NCBI GenBank assembly: GCA_002633005.1 | Contig: NMRA01000058.1 | Coordinates: 411,585-475,584, forward strand | DNA: 64,000 bases | DNA from: Phoronis australis | Taxonomy: Eukaryota; Animalia; Phoronida | Direction: 5' to 3' | Shown: positions 1-12,908 of the stretch, one piece after another | Position numbering within the stretch: position 1 is the first letter of the stretch | Layout: every line of letters begins with the position of its first letter | Position numbers and translations under genes: made by a program | Notes under the pieces: model-generated | Told to the model about the DNA's origin: nothing | Seen by the model: the letters and a program-made list of their open reading frames with translations, nothing else | Databases searched by the model: none

Positions 1-1088
1 GCTGGGGAGAAGGGTACTGCCCGAGATGCCCAGGGACAAACAAAACGATGACCCGAGAAGGTCGGAAGCCATAGTTGTGGAGGTAACGGGACTGGGGGGG
101 GGGGGCTGGGAGTGGACTTGTCCAACGTCCAACAAACGAACGTAGGAACTGCTGATGATGAACAACATGTAGAATTAGTGAGTACAACTAAGGGTTATGA
201 TAATAAAAACTAAAACTTACCTTGAAACAGATGATGCAGAACGCAGAGAAGTCAGTGAGAGGCACAAGAAATTGAAGAAGGTTACCCTTGAACAACACTA
301 TGGGATGAAAGGGGGACTGAGAAATTGTGGAAAAAATGATAAAAATGCAGAGGAAAATGGTAGTTGATATGTAGACGAGGTAGGTGGCTGACTGAACTAG
401 ACCATGTTATACTGAACAAACATAATGCTAAATCGTCGTGAGAGACCGTTCGGAGTTGGTATATGGTGCAACTCATAACGCTAAACCCTCGTGAGAGACC
501 GCCCCGAGATGGATGCTGGAGCAACTCGGGGCGGTCTGGGATCAAGCGGAAAAACCACAGGGTAAATCTGTGGTCGACGAATCTATTCGGTCGATTACAT
601 TTTATTGCCCGTGAAGCCGCTAAGGGCTGCCTGAAGAAATATGACTCGCGCGTTTGTATTTTCGCCTTTTTCAATAACATGTAAAAGATTCATCAACAAA
701 TTCCTCGTAAAATTCTGAAAACAAGCGTTTTTCTCCCACGAAAATCGATGAAGTATTGGCCGAGATATTTCACTTTCAGTCCAGGCTAGCCCTGCACACT
801 CAGAGAATCGTCACACAAGATTACTACGCGGTAATGCGGTTTCACTGTCAACAAAGGAAGACGTCAAAATCGACTTATAATTGTCATTTTTAAACTATTT
901 GCATGGTAAATTATCAAAATGTAAGTAAAATCGTACTCTATATTTTAACAAGAAAACAGCAGTTTCATTTTGGTGAACATGTCTATAAGGACCTAACTCG
1001 CGCATGGTGGTGAGTAGTGAGTCCGGCCAACACGTGAGGATGGCTGTGTTGTTGTTTTTGCTCTCAATTCAAAAGTAGCCGTTTCAAA

Positions 1089-1297
1089 ATGGAAGATGGA
1101 CAGAAAATGCAGGCAGTTGACGAAAACGGCCATTGGAAGGAAGCAATTGAGCGGGGAGTAAATGACAGCGCTGGGAATTCACGTCGGTTTTCCTGGATGG
1201 CCGTCTGAGTTTGACCAGCTCGTCGAGCCGTGATTCGTGAGAGGCTGAGCCGATCGACTACGTCGGGCTCGGTACCTGGACCTGGTGAAGAAAAACG
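1089..1297 (+). pseudogene. Degenerate Tudor-knot/MBT-like (Royal family) exon, probably transposon-borne
   Basis: MEDGQKMQAVDENGHWKEAI, then after a frameshift IHVGFPGWPSEFDQLVEP*FVR, followed by GTAAGT at 1298. Confidence 0.4.
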
Positions 1298-4200
1298 TAA
1301 GTATTTTTTTGTCATCCCTTATGCTCGCATGATGCTGTTGGCTGTATAGATAAAGTATACCGTGTTTGCGTGGGATTTTGTGTTCATGAAATTACAGACT
1401 ATGTACATCTACCACATTTAAAGTCAGAGAAACATTGTTACTTAGTGAAAGATAAACGTCTGAGCGAATATACCATGGTGCCTTCAATGTTGTGTTTGTT
1501 CTTTGTGAAGTAGATTTACTGTAACAAGTCCGATGTTGTCGGATTGAATTGGTATTCCGGGATTTTCAATGCCAGTGGCAGATCCAGAATTTTTGGAATG
1601 GTGTTCGCAAATGAAATAATGTCAAGCCATTGTTTTAAATTACCATTTAAGTTTTATTAATAAGAGGTGGAGACAGCAATCTTCAGCCGTGTCTTTGTTA
1701 CCTTGTTCTCATTTCTTTACATTTGTTTATGTTTCATTTCATTGTTTTCTGTAGATCCCCCCAACCCCCTTGCCATAGTGCACTCTCTGTTGACTGAATT
1801 TGATGACATAATATATTGATAAGCCATTGTATTCTGCATACCAGTACTAGCTTAACCCTTAGTCCTGCACACCTGGCCCTATTGTTCACTCTTGACTTTT
1901 GTTTACAAAATAATCCAGTCCAGTCTACACCCTGATTGCTTAGTTTAATATTTACCAGTGAGTAAACTGTATTTCACTTGTTGAACCTTTTCTTACTATC
2001 ATGCAGCTCTTGCTTGACAGTGCACATGTACTTTTATCTCCTCTTTTTCGAACCACTCATTAAAGCGTTTTATGGGGTTTGGTTTCTTTTCATGAATGTT
2101 TTCATCGTTGGTTTCTAATTCGTTCAACTGCTTCCCAAAACTCCTGAGTCCTGAGCATTGAGCAACACTCAACAATCCCTCTAAAAAATGATGCCCTTCC
2201 AAACAGTGATGTGACCTTCTGACTACATGAGTGTAAGCTGTGGTACACTACTGCACGTGCACAAGGTCATCAGCACCAGAAGTTTTAAAATCACACCACC
2301 AAAACTGTGACTGTTTACATTTCAGAGAGCTTGCCGTGACAATTTCAAGAAGGTATACCGCTTGACAGTTGCATTTATGTACACGTTGAAGCCTGGAGAA
2401 TACAGACTTGATCAGGGCTTGGGATTTCCGTCTTTTAAGAGGAATTCCTTTTTTGGTGTCGATTTTCTCTGATTGGATTTCCAGTTTCCTCTTTTTATGA
2501 TTTTTTCGACTTCATTAAATGTTTAGTTCAGGTAAATTTTACATCCAAAAATGTCTATCACCCAAACCTATTTTTTGTGTATCATACATCAGCTGGAAAT
2601 TTCTCCGCTGTTTTTGTTATTGCTCATTCCAAGCTCTGCTTATTTTTCGTGAAGTAACTAGAATGGATTTCATAACATACCAGTTTATTGTACTGGATTC
2701 TTCTTGGGTTTATCAACTGTAAACTAACACTAATAGGAGCATAGGATAATAGCCACCTGTCTTAAGTTCGCACAAAAGTAGAGTACAAAATTCCAAACGT
2801 AATTTCGAGTTCCAATTCCTGTAAAAAGATCAATGACAGGGCCCAGGTATCAATTCCGGTATTTTTGGCACTTAATCGTGTTTGAAAGTGTTGTACTGTG
2901 TTTGGAAATTTGTTTGAAAAGCTGTTTTTTTTTGCTGAACAGCTTATGACCTTACTGGATTTAAGGGCCCCACCAGAGCATTTATTAGTGTGCCCTCCAC
3001 TCATTTCCAATGTTCTATGTATATCAAATGCTTTGAGATGCCAGCAGGGTAGTATTCTGCATGCAGCTTTGTTGACCATTGTGGTCAGTGAGAATGTCCT
3101 ACTCACATGTGTATGAATGCATAGTGTGTGCACCTCATTCATGTACCACACCAGTATTGCCTGTGTGGTTATGGAAATGTGTAAGCTGCTTGTGTTGTAT
3201 GGGCATTGTTGAGCTTGAAATGCTAGTTTTACTCCTATAAAACTAGGGATGTATTTATTGCGACATGTCTCCGTTATTGTTGTTACTAGTTTATTGCTTA
3301 ACCAGTGTATCTATTTTGAATATTCTTCAAGCCTTGGATGACTGATCTTTTCAGTTTAGGATAGTTATTGTTTGCATCCCAAGAAATGAATTACATACTG
3401 TCTTTTTTAGTATTTTTATTCAGTGACTCCTGGTGTGGTTTTGAAAATGGTTGTTTTTTAGGCTGAAATGCAGATTTTTTACCAAGTTCTGCAATGACCC
3501 TGTCATTTCCACATGGTTATCTTGAAAAGCAAATTCTTGTATACATATTATTGTCATCTTGTGAGGTGTGCAATTTATTGCGGTTTTCAGTGACTGGTTC
3601 CACCAGGGATAGCAGTATTGTGCACCTACCGGTACTTTGCTCAAACCCATGTTTCATATTATTATATTGATAACTTTTCCTCGTGAAGGTAGTGATCTCA
3701 GCAGTTATATCACTTATGGTGTTTTGTCAAGTAGTAGAACCTTGTACTGCTATGACACAAATTTTGAAGGTTTCTATGTTGTAGTTAAGTCCCACTTTAA
3801 ATATTTTGCTCACCATGTGAGTTATTGTTTACATGGAGGGATTCATACTTATGGATGATCTCATCAGGGATTGCATGTAACACTATTTGGGTGTGTATAT
3901 TTGTTACATGTTCATTGTATAAAGTGTATTGTTTATATTGCAGAGTTTATAATTGTTAGTTAAAAAGATTTCGGTAGGTTATCTCAACAGTGCTTAGTGC
4001 ATGTTTTGCTCATCCTGTGAAATGTAATATTTATACTGAAGAGTTTATCATCGCTAGTGCCTGTGTCCCTTATTGCTTTTCCCATAGTATGAACAACTAG
4101 TCATGTTAACGTTTGAAATTCTCATGTACAATATATATTACACTCTTCCGAAATCTTACACTTATTTTCATTGCCCAAGCACTAATCTGAAGAGTGGCCT

Positions 4201-5374
4201 ACTAGTTATGTGGAATGCGCACAATGCATTGTTAAAGCGAGGTGATCGTATGCCGCTGGGTTTTTGTTTTCTTACTCTTTGTGAACGCAGTGCCTGTAAT
4301 TCGCATTTATTCCTAAGTTTATGCAATCATTTTAAATTACAAAACATGAAACCCTGGGAACCGGTGGGGCAGTTAAATTTTGACATCGACAATATATACG
4401 TGTCATTTGAAGTAGTAGCCCGTTGTAGGGTGCCACGACCAAAAATATGGGTACACATCACATGTTTAACCACAAACAACAAGTGAAAGAGTTACTTTTT
4501 CAGGTAAGCGACGCGTTGCGCGCTTTGGTTGTTTTTGTCCGTTTTAGGTGGCAAGTGGCGCTTTTTTCTTTGACGATTTCGCTGAGGTACGTTTCAGAAA
4601 ATCGTACTGTAGGCCTAAGTCATTTTTTCTGTGCCAGTTCATTTAGGTACACAGCAACTGAAAAAATGGATAAATCACGTCATTTTAAATCTCCATATCG
4701 CTCCGTTATGGCCACTTCGACTTGGATGGATTTTGGCTCTTTCAAACACTCCTCCATGCTCTATTTTTTGAAGTTCGTTAACGAAAACGCGTACCAGGAT
4801 GTAAGGTTCGTGCCCTCCCCCTCGAGTTTTAGTTGGTAATTTTGACATGAAGATGATGGTGATATTTATGCGTTCCTTGACGAGAATTCCAGCAAGTCAA
4901 GTTTTGCCTAATTCAGCTTTTCATTCATTTTTATACCGTGTATGGTCGCTGGCAAAATAAGATACCATCAAGATTTTAGTCTAGATGTTTCCTAACTCGA
5001 TTTTTAGCCATAACACTGAGCGCGCAAGAGAAGACGGAACATATTTGCGACGTTTCGTTTACTCAAAGTTAATGAGCCTAAACGTCAGAAAATATTTGTT
5101 TTCTCTTTCTCGCTTATAATGATTTTCAAGGGTTTCCGTTATTCAATTTCGGCAAGGTCGTCGCTTTCTCGCAAAACTACCGATTGGATGATCAATTACG
5201 CACTTATTTACTCTCCGTTTTAACGTTGATCATCGTCAATACACCTCCAAAAATTGCACATCGTCTTTGCGCAAACTACATTGAGATTTAAGTCTCCCGA
5301 AAAAAGTTGACGATCGGATAGTGTTTAAAAGTCTAATTCTAAATTTCTCCAGTTAGTGCACAAATGAAGTAAAA

Positions 5375-5745
5375 GAAAGTAGTTCTGCTTGTCGCGTCAG
5401 CTGTTGGTATCATTATCTCGATTTATGACCCACAACGCGTGACTGGACAAAGCCTTTTCAATTTAGCCGGTGGAGCGTGAGACCCCTGAGGTCCCAATCG
5501 AGTCCTCACGACAACTTCGCGTTATGCCGGACGGTCTGGGGTCAACAGAAAACCACAGCAACTGTGAGTCTACACCAATGTGATTAACAGGAGTAGTTCT
5601 ACTTGCTGCGTCAGCTGCAAGTATGCTTATCTCTTCTATGACACACAATGTGTGACTGGGCAAAGCGTTTTCAAAATAATGTGGATAAATCAGTGGAGTG
5701 AGACCCCTGAGGTCCCTGTCAAGTCCTCATGACAATTATACGTTA
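5375..5745 (+). repeat. Interspersed repeat family Y, internally duplicated (about 215-bp unit); related pieces at about 435-560 (+) and 42990-43257 (-)
   Basis: Shared blocks gtagttct..gtgactgg(a/g)caaagc..ttttcaa, gagacccctgaggtccc and cgtcgtgagagaccg..ggagttggta. Confidence 0.75.
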
Positions 5746-6034
5746 TCGGAAATATGAGTGACCACCCTGCAACCAGATGTCGAGACCCCTTAAGCTATAG
5801 AGATGAGTAATGCAAAATAAACTCTAAGGGTTGATATAAAAATAAAAGTGACAAATGTCAAAATAATGACGATAAATGCATAAGAAGTTAAATATTGATA
5901 GCCATCTCAGGTGTGGCAACAGCAATTCATCTCTCGAGCACCACAGTTCATCATGAGCACACTGAAAGTGTGTGGCCATGACAAAATGTGGTGACAGAGA
6001 CACTCCAATTAAAAAGAATTATAAGGAAAAATAC

Positions 6035-6424
6035 CTTCTCAACAAGTGCTGAAGGCTTTGGAATGTCAACAGTTGGTGATTGCTTTATGATAGTAGAATC
6101 AGTCGAAGCTTGCACTGCAGCCTTATCTTTCCATTGTTCATTGTGAACCTCGACCATGCATGGTTCTTCGACTTGGGAATGACCATAGAGCAGGATGTTC
6201 TCTCTCTGATTCTCTTCCTGGCCAGATGAGCTGACTGCAGTTATTGTGACAACTGGCAAGTCAGGCAGCTGAGGTGGGGTGATGGTGATAACTGGGTTGC
6301 TTGATCTGTGAACGGCCGGTGTCAGTGACTCCAGGGAAGGTGAAGGCCACCTCGCTTTGCTTTCCAAAGACACAGTGGGAATCTGCAGATTTGGCATTTT
6401 CAGTTGCATGTCATTAGTGGAAGC
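6035..6424 (-). CDS. Host gene exon, S/T/P-rich low-complexity region
   Basis: tgatAG / GTattt; 390 nt, phase 0 to 0, open: ASTNDMQLKMPNLQIPTV...KPSALVEK; overlaps ORF 5951..6409. Confidence 0.55.
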
Positions 6425-8310
6425 CTATCAACAAATGGAATTGTGGGTTATAATCAGAAGAATTGTTACAGGGGCCCAAGATTTCAAAGAAACAGTTTGA
6501 TGCTCATTATTCAGTGGCGAAAGTTCTCAAAATTTAGGACCCCTGTAAGTGACTATTACCAAAATTACCACAGCAGCCAATTGAATGAATAGGACAAATC
6601 TTGGAAAAACTGAGTAATAGCACATCCCATTTTGAGAAGTTGAGTTTTCTCCACTGAATAACGGACTCGGTTTGGTTGATAGAGGTGCAGACGGCAAAAA
6701 CAGATTAAAATTGGCCACTACATCATGAAAACAGGAATATGTCATCATTTGCTTAATAAAAAGCTATTTACCAAACTTCAGAAAAATCCATCAAGGAACA
6801 CTTGAGAAACAGAGGAAAACGGAAAAAATGAAATTGCCATTTGGGGCAGTGTTTGTTGGATACGTCTGAAAGTCATTGTCATCCGTTATCATCTTCATAT
6901 AAATACACTTGCTAAATTTAATAAAGATCCTGCTGAGGGTTTAGGCCACTAGAAGGTGCCACAGTGTCAGAAAATCATCTTCAGCCGTCCTTTTCACAGT
7001 AGGAACAAATCAATTTTCACAATTATCCTTAAAGTAGTTTGGTTGACACAGGGGCGGACTCAGTAAAATTGGCCACTGGGTAGCACAAAATACCTCAGAT
7101 CCATCTGAAAATGGGAGGATAATGTCATCTCACTAATCGATGCCTAACTACCAAATTTTATGAGAATGCATTGAGGACCTTTGAAGATACAGAGGTAAAC
7201 GTAAAACAAACTAAAATTGTCGCCAGGGCACACAACGGTAGTCATATCTGTCCGAAAATCGTCGTCATTCGTTGTCAACCTAATATATAAATACTTTTTG
7301 CTAAAAGTTTTTGATGATAGTAATTCGAAAAAAAAACATCTCTTCACATTTGTTGACTGTCATTTGGAAATAGTATTTTTTCAATATCAGTTACCGTCAG
7401 GGGTGCAGCTCACAACACAACTACTGGATTACATGAGCTTATCAGATAAACGAAGGCAATGAGAGAGCTGGACTATATAAACATTGGTTTGCCAACTTTC
7501 TCCCCTTGCTATCACTGTCAAACTGATAATGACACAGCTGTAACTCGAGAAGTCCCGATCAGCGAAACCAGGAAACTTGCCCCATAACGCACGAGCGTAA
7601 CATCGTGGTCACCTGTTGTTGGCTCCGCAGAGATGCATCTGCAAATATTCGTGAAAATCCTCCATGGAGTTTTGAAAATACAGCAGTAAACCCCGGACTT
7701 CCATACAAAGATGACAAAAAATTATGCACACGCTTGAAAATATTAGGTTCTCGAACAGTACGTTTTTGAACAATAGTACTAAGTTATTTTTTGATGTTTC
7801 AAAGGTTGTTCAAATTATTGTTCGAAACACTATTAGAAAGTATTCGCTTTATAATAAAGGGAACTAACAATACCAATTATAAAGCCTTAAAGAGGGCATG
7901 GATTTGTCACTCATTGACAGGAAATTGATGGAAAATGGCAGTACCATAAAAATTACATCTATTTTACTGTGTAATTCAATCATGGTGCAAAACTATCATA
8001 ATATGAGAATTCATTCTTTACATGGCGCGAAAAGGCTACCAGTACAATTACTAACCATTTTACAAGGTATAAGAGATTTGCGGTTTTGTAATGTACAAGG
8101 TGGGTTTATAGCAGCTTTAATCAGTTTGGTCGAAACTTTAAATGACTATACCCCAATGAGAAGGGATCATCTACCTGCAAAAATGTAGACAGATAATGAA
8201 AAGACATTACGGTAGCAAAAGTTTAAATGCTGGTCACGATATACTGGCTAAATGGACCCAAATGTGCAACTTTATGAAAAACTGTAAATTACCCACATAT
8301 AATACTTAAT

Positions 8311-9045
8311 CTCTTGTGGCGCTTTTTTATTGCCCATTTTACCAGATTATCAATTTTTATTTTTATTATCTGCATTCACTATATTTACTTGTAATTCTAT
8401 TCGTCATAATAAATGACCTTATATCGCCTACCTCGGTCTCCTTTTCATCTCTGGTAACGAGCTTGCGACGCACGTATCATTTATCCATTACTTGGGACAT
8501 ATGTCGATCATAAATGGTACTTCACTCGTTAAATATATTAATGTGAGCATATGGACCCGTCTTACTCCTTTCCCCCCTCATTTTGGCCTGTTCCATTATT
8601 CTGTAGGACTACACGTCGTTTTCCCAGCCTTCGTATTGGTCTGTTGTTATCACGTGCCTTGAGTTTGGTCAGCTCTTGGCTCTCCTAGGCTGATGATTGT
8701 CACGTGTCCTTAGGCGTTTTCTTTGCTATTGCAACCTCGTTTTCAGTTCACCTTTGTTCCGGCCACATAGTTGTACATTCCAAAACTTATTAATTTTTTC
8801 ACACCCTCTACCACCCTGTTTTCGTTCTTGCGTACTTCCACGTGGCCGGGGCTTTTTTATTGCCCATCTTACCAGAGATTATCATTTTTTATTTTTATTA
8901 TCTGTATTCACTATATTTACTTGTAATTCTATTCACCATAATAAATGATCTTATATCGCCTACCTCGGTCTTCTTTTCATCTCTGGTAAGGAGCTTGCGA
9001 CGCTCATATCCTTTATCCATTATTCGGGACACATGTCAATCATAA
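8311..9045 (+). repeat. Repeat family W copy 1: about 200-bp direct repeats flanking an about 340-bp core
   Basis: gctttttttattgccca...gggaca(t/c)atgtc.atcataaa at about 8320-8515 and 8850-9045; same layout at 24604-26110. Confidence 0.8.
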
Positions 9046-9350
9046 AATACTTTCTCGTGCTTTCTGGGCTTAACTCATTATTGTATGATAATTTCTTTTG
9101 TAATCAAACTTTAAAAAAGGTCTTGACTGTACCATGTAAAAACAAGTTTAAAAGCACTGAATTATGTCACTGAAAACACTAAATATACATATTTTACCAG
9201 CTTTGGGAGGGACCGTCCCACATTTCGAACCGAAAGAAAATCCCTCATTCTCCAAGAGTAACAGAATTTCCATTTTTAACATACGTGACTACTGCCATCA
9301 TGTTAATGAGAGCTGCAACAGGCAGCATATATTTGTGCTTGTCCACACTA

Positions 9351-10593
9351 TCGTATTTGCCCTAATAAGCACCCAGGGTGCTTAGAAAAATTTTCTTCAG
9401 GAAGTGTGATGCTTATTATAGCTCAAAGTGGTTGAAACCCTGTCTCCGGAAACAGTTGAAATCGTATGCTAGAATTCATCAAATTTACGCTTTGTGATGC
9501 ATCTGGAACCTATGATAGAGTTTCTATCTATTTTTTGTCAAATTATGAGCATTTTTCAGAAAATCCCAGTGCAAAAACCCGCCGACTGATGAGTCGCTGC
9601 CTCGCTATCGCTGATAGGTCAACTTGAATTCATGAGTAAAAACATAGTTTCGACTCAACAAATTACCTGAAGTCCTCCTTAAGTTTTGAAATAGCATCCC
9701 TAACATTTTTAAGTTCCTGTGGAGTCAGGAGTTACTCCATATTAAGACTCTGCAACTCAAGAAAAATCTCTGGACAAACACACATGTTGTTGTCACGTGA
9801 TGTTTGTTTGAAGTTCGTCTGCTTATGTGAATGAACGAGAGCGTGCGTGTCATCAGAGCTCATTTGCCAGAGTAAACACGATGTAACGATCGGTAGATTT
9901 GGGGGGTGTAAGTGTGCTGAAGTTTTCACTGTGTGTCATTTTGACTTTAAAAAAACAATTATGATTAATTTAATAATTACTCCTAAAAATAACAAAGGTT
10001 TTTTTACGGTATTAGAAAGTTTCGGAAATAAGTGCCAGTATTTATTTCTTGCCGTTTCATGAATAGATAGTTCCCAAAGACTAATATTCGATGACAGGTA
10101 CTTGTATGTGGCGCGCTTATTGGCCACGTGCTTTTAACAAAGGTCAAGTTTTTATTAAGTCTTTGATTCGCGGTTTTCACGTATACAGAGAAATTTGGAT
10201 TCCTGTTGAGGGAGAAGATCTACATGGGAAAGATCAATATTAAATCCCGTTGAGAAGTACCACTGCGTCTGTTCTGAAAGGCCAGACCATAATAGGACAC
10301 GTCCGTTGCAAGATCAGCAAAACTTTAGTGTTCTTCTTGAAGCACGGCGGAAGTTTGAAGTGTATAGTCACGGCTAAATATCAACATAGCGGCAACGCTC
10401 GCGCTCTACAAATTCCGCGAACAATGACTTTTTCAGGACTGTCGGATCGTATTGATAAATTGAAGACGTTACTTTAGAATTTAATTGTAGGTAAGGCATT
10501 TTTCGCAAGTACTGCAGCATTCATGAACTGGGCGCTAATTTTAGCGAAGTCTGAAAACGCGAGGGCCATGGCCGCTTATTAGGGCGAATACGG
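9351..10593 (+). mobile_element. Non-autonomous Tc1/mariner-superfamily (Tc2/pogo-like, CCGTA-type TIR) element
   Basis: Left TA|tcgtatttgccctaataagc and right gcttattagggcgaatacgg|aa form a 20-bp TIR with 2 mismatches; no transposase seen. Confidence 0.75.
10151..10477 (+). pseudogene. HIRAN-like domain ORF inside the Tc2/pogo-like element (stop and indels)
   Basis: IRGFHVYREIWIPVEGEDL...IIGHVRCKISKTLVFFLKHGGSLKCIVTAK...LQIP.TMTFSG...IDKLKTLL. Confidence 0.7.
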
Positions 10594-10809
10594 AATATCA
10601 GTCCTCTATTTCCCCATTCATGATTTCACAGGCAGGTCTTTATTAGTGGGTATTTTCCCTTTGCAGCATATATCCTAGATTCAGATGCCCTACTTTTTAA
10701 TCTTAGAATACCAGTATTGGAAATTTATGCCCGAGTAAATTATTAGTTTCATAAAAGAAACATAACAATCAAAATGCTAACACATGAACAAAGAATGTAA
10801 TTTGCATAC

Positions 10810-11092
10810 CAGTAGAGAATGTTGATACTGAGAAATCAATGAAGGAGCAAATTGGTTGGTGGAACCCTGTGGTCTTGATGGCATCCGAGGCATGCTCAAG
10901 ATGGGTACTCTAAGAGTAGAGGTGGATGATGGCCTTGATGAAACTACATGTGGAGTATTACATCCAGTCACTATTTGTGTTTCACTCAGTGAAGGCATAA
11001 CAACTGATGCAGTGGTATTGGCAACAGCTTGCTGATGTGGTGAGTCCGACTCTACTGCAGCGGAAGAAGCTCTATGCTTTTCGTTGTCTTTG
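10810..11092 (-). CDS. Host gene exon, S/T/P-rich low-complexity region
   Basis: ttttAG / GTatgc; 283 nt, phase 2 to 0 (compatible with the 33101 exon), open: KDNEKHRASSAAVESDSPHQ...ISQYQHSLL; lies inside ORF 10777..11175. Confidence 0.55.
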
Positions 11093-11564
11093 CTAAAATT
11101 CATAAAAAATCTTCCTGAAAATTCAATAACTGTAAAGTTCCCGACCGGATCAATTTCCTTAATTTGTAAAGTCACCCGAGGTGACTAGCCTGATCGATGT
11201 TCCATGAATCCTCTGCGCATATACTACAAACTAACAGTAGCCGACCATAACTTGAATAATTCCATGTGATGAATTTCTCGCTTACACTCAAGTGACATGC
11301 TTAGATTTCCCTTGCCCTCAGACAACTCTTGTAATGCCTATTCAGCATACGGAAAGGTACATGCTAGCACTACTTTCTCAACAGTGATGGAATTGTTATA
11401 ACACTGAAATTGGTTCTCTCTGACATTTGCAGAGCTACAGCCTGAAATGGTGAAAGTATGGGTTTGATGACATTTTTGATATTATAAAATAACTAAAAAC
11501 AGTAACTTAGTTTGATCATTTCCCAAACGATCATCTTGGATTTAACCACTAACTAACCCACCAG

Positions 11565-11773
11565 TGATAACTATATTGGAATGTGTTTATATCCTGTAGT
11601 TACATAATATTCTATCCTGTTGTTGTTTATGGTTTACTGGTTCCTGTTTTGTAGTCAGTACTGTATTAGTCATCCCTAAGAACCTATTCACTTCCTGTAC
11701 ATTTCTGTATATCAATACACTTTTAGTTCGACAGCCAACTGGGCACAATCTTTGTTTTACTCACGACTTTTCA
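11565..11773 (+). repeat. Copia 5' LTR (209 bp)
   Basis: tgataactatattgg...gacttttca; matches 17597-17730 plus 19045-19104. Confidence 0.92.
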
Positions 11774-11785
11774 TGGTAGCAGAGC
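11774..11785 (+). promoter_or_regulatory. Primer-binding site, initiator tRNA-Met type
   Basis: TGGTAGCAGAGC directly after the 5' LTR and 9 nt before the gag ATG at 11795. Confidence 0.85.
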
Positions 11786-11794
11786 AAGGTTGAA

Positions 11795-12908
11795 ATGTCT
11801 TCAAATGTTAGCTACAACAACCCATCTAGGTTTGGGGAAAACTATCAGGAGTGGAATCAAGAGATAGAACTGTGGAAGAGGATAACTGATTTACCTTGTG
11901 AAAAACAGGGCCTAGCGGTGAGATTAACTCTCACAGGGAGAGCGCAGGAAGCTGCACTGCAACTGGAGGCCAAGGACCTAAAGAAAAAGGACGGTCTAAT
12001 AACACTAGTGGAAGAACTAGATTAAAGGTCTATCTGAAGGAGAGCAAGGTCTATCTTAAGGAGAGCAAGGACAATGCCTATGAGGCGTACAAAAATTTTG
12101 ACACCTTTATGCGTAAGGACGGTCAGCCAATTAGTGATTTTACTTGGGACTTTGACGACTTAAATAAGAAATGTCACAAATACGACATGTTTTTGCTGGG
12201 TGTTGTTCTTGCCTTCAAGCTTGTGGATGGGGCAAATCTGAGCAACACAGAGAAACAAATGACACTGACGGCGTGTACGGCTTTAACGTATGAAAGTATG
12301 TAATCGGCACTTCCGCGAATTTTCAGAACATATGATGTTAAAAGTGAGGCGTCAGAGGGCATTGCGATAAAAGAGGAGGTCCTCTAAGGGACTGGAGGAG
12401 TCTTTCCACAGACAGCCAAAACAGATATGGCACAGATGGGAACGAACCCATTAAACAAATATGGTCGAAGAAAACCTCTTTCAAACACAACTCTGTGTTA
12501 CGGTTTTACGTGGGTTTATTCTAGAGATCTACAAGATACATCCATTCACTATGCTGTCTAACTCTCAAGTGAAAACTTGTTTGTCAGAACTAAGGATCAT
12601 ATGCTCATGAGTCATAATCAGATTTCAGAGAATTGTTTTGCACAACTTACACAATCTGTGATTCTAGCTACCAGTGCCATATAAGGTTATGTTTTGGACT
12701 CTGCAAGTTTAATGAAAACCACGAACATAATACTGCAGGGTCAGCAATTCTGTGTTTCATTAATTGGGCTAAAGGCTGCCCGGAGAAGAAACAAAATCAC
12801 ATTGGTCACTGGACAACGACACTGTTTTGCTGACAGGAAACAAGAACTATGCTATTCTTGACACGGGGTGTTCAAGAACAGTATGTGGGCAAAAATGGCT
12901 GGACAATA
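11795..12908 (+). pseudogene. Copia gag and N-terminal protease (stops, frameshifts, about 260-bp insertion)
   Basis: YQEWNQEIELWKRITDLPCEKQGLAV; TNPLNKYG; decayed knuckle CRVSNSVFH/WAKGCP; protease AILDTGCSRTVCGQKWL. Confidence 0.85.

Noticed and set aside
221-316. Open 96-nt phase 0-0 minus-strand segment with AG/GTAAGT that could be the next host exon
   Set aside because: The hydrophobic peptide is unlike the preceding tail and lies beside repeat family Y; it cannot be supported without RNA data.
1852-1868. TTAA|CCCTTAGTCCTGC piggyBac-like end
   Set aside because: No convincing partner end or transposase found.
8689-8730. CTGATGA hammerhead-ribozyme core in family W (also near 24974)
   Set aside because: No downstream stem II followed by GAAA in either copy.
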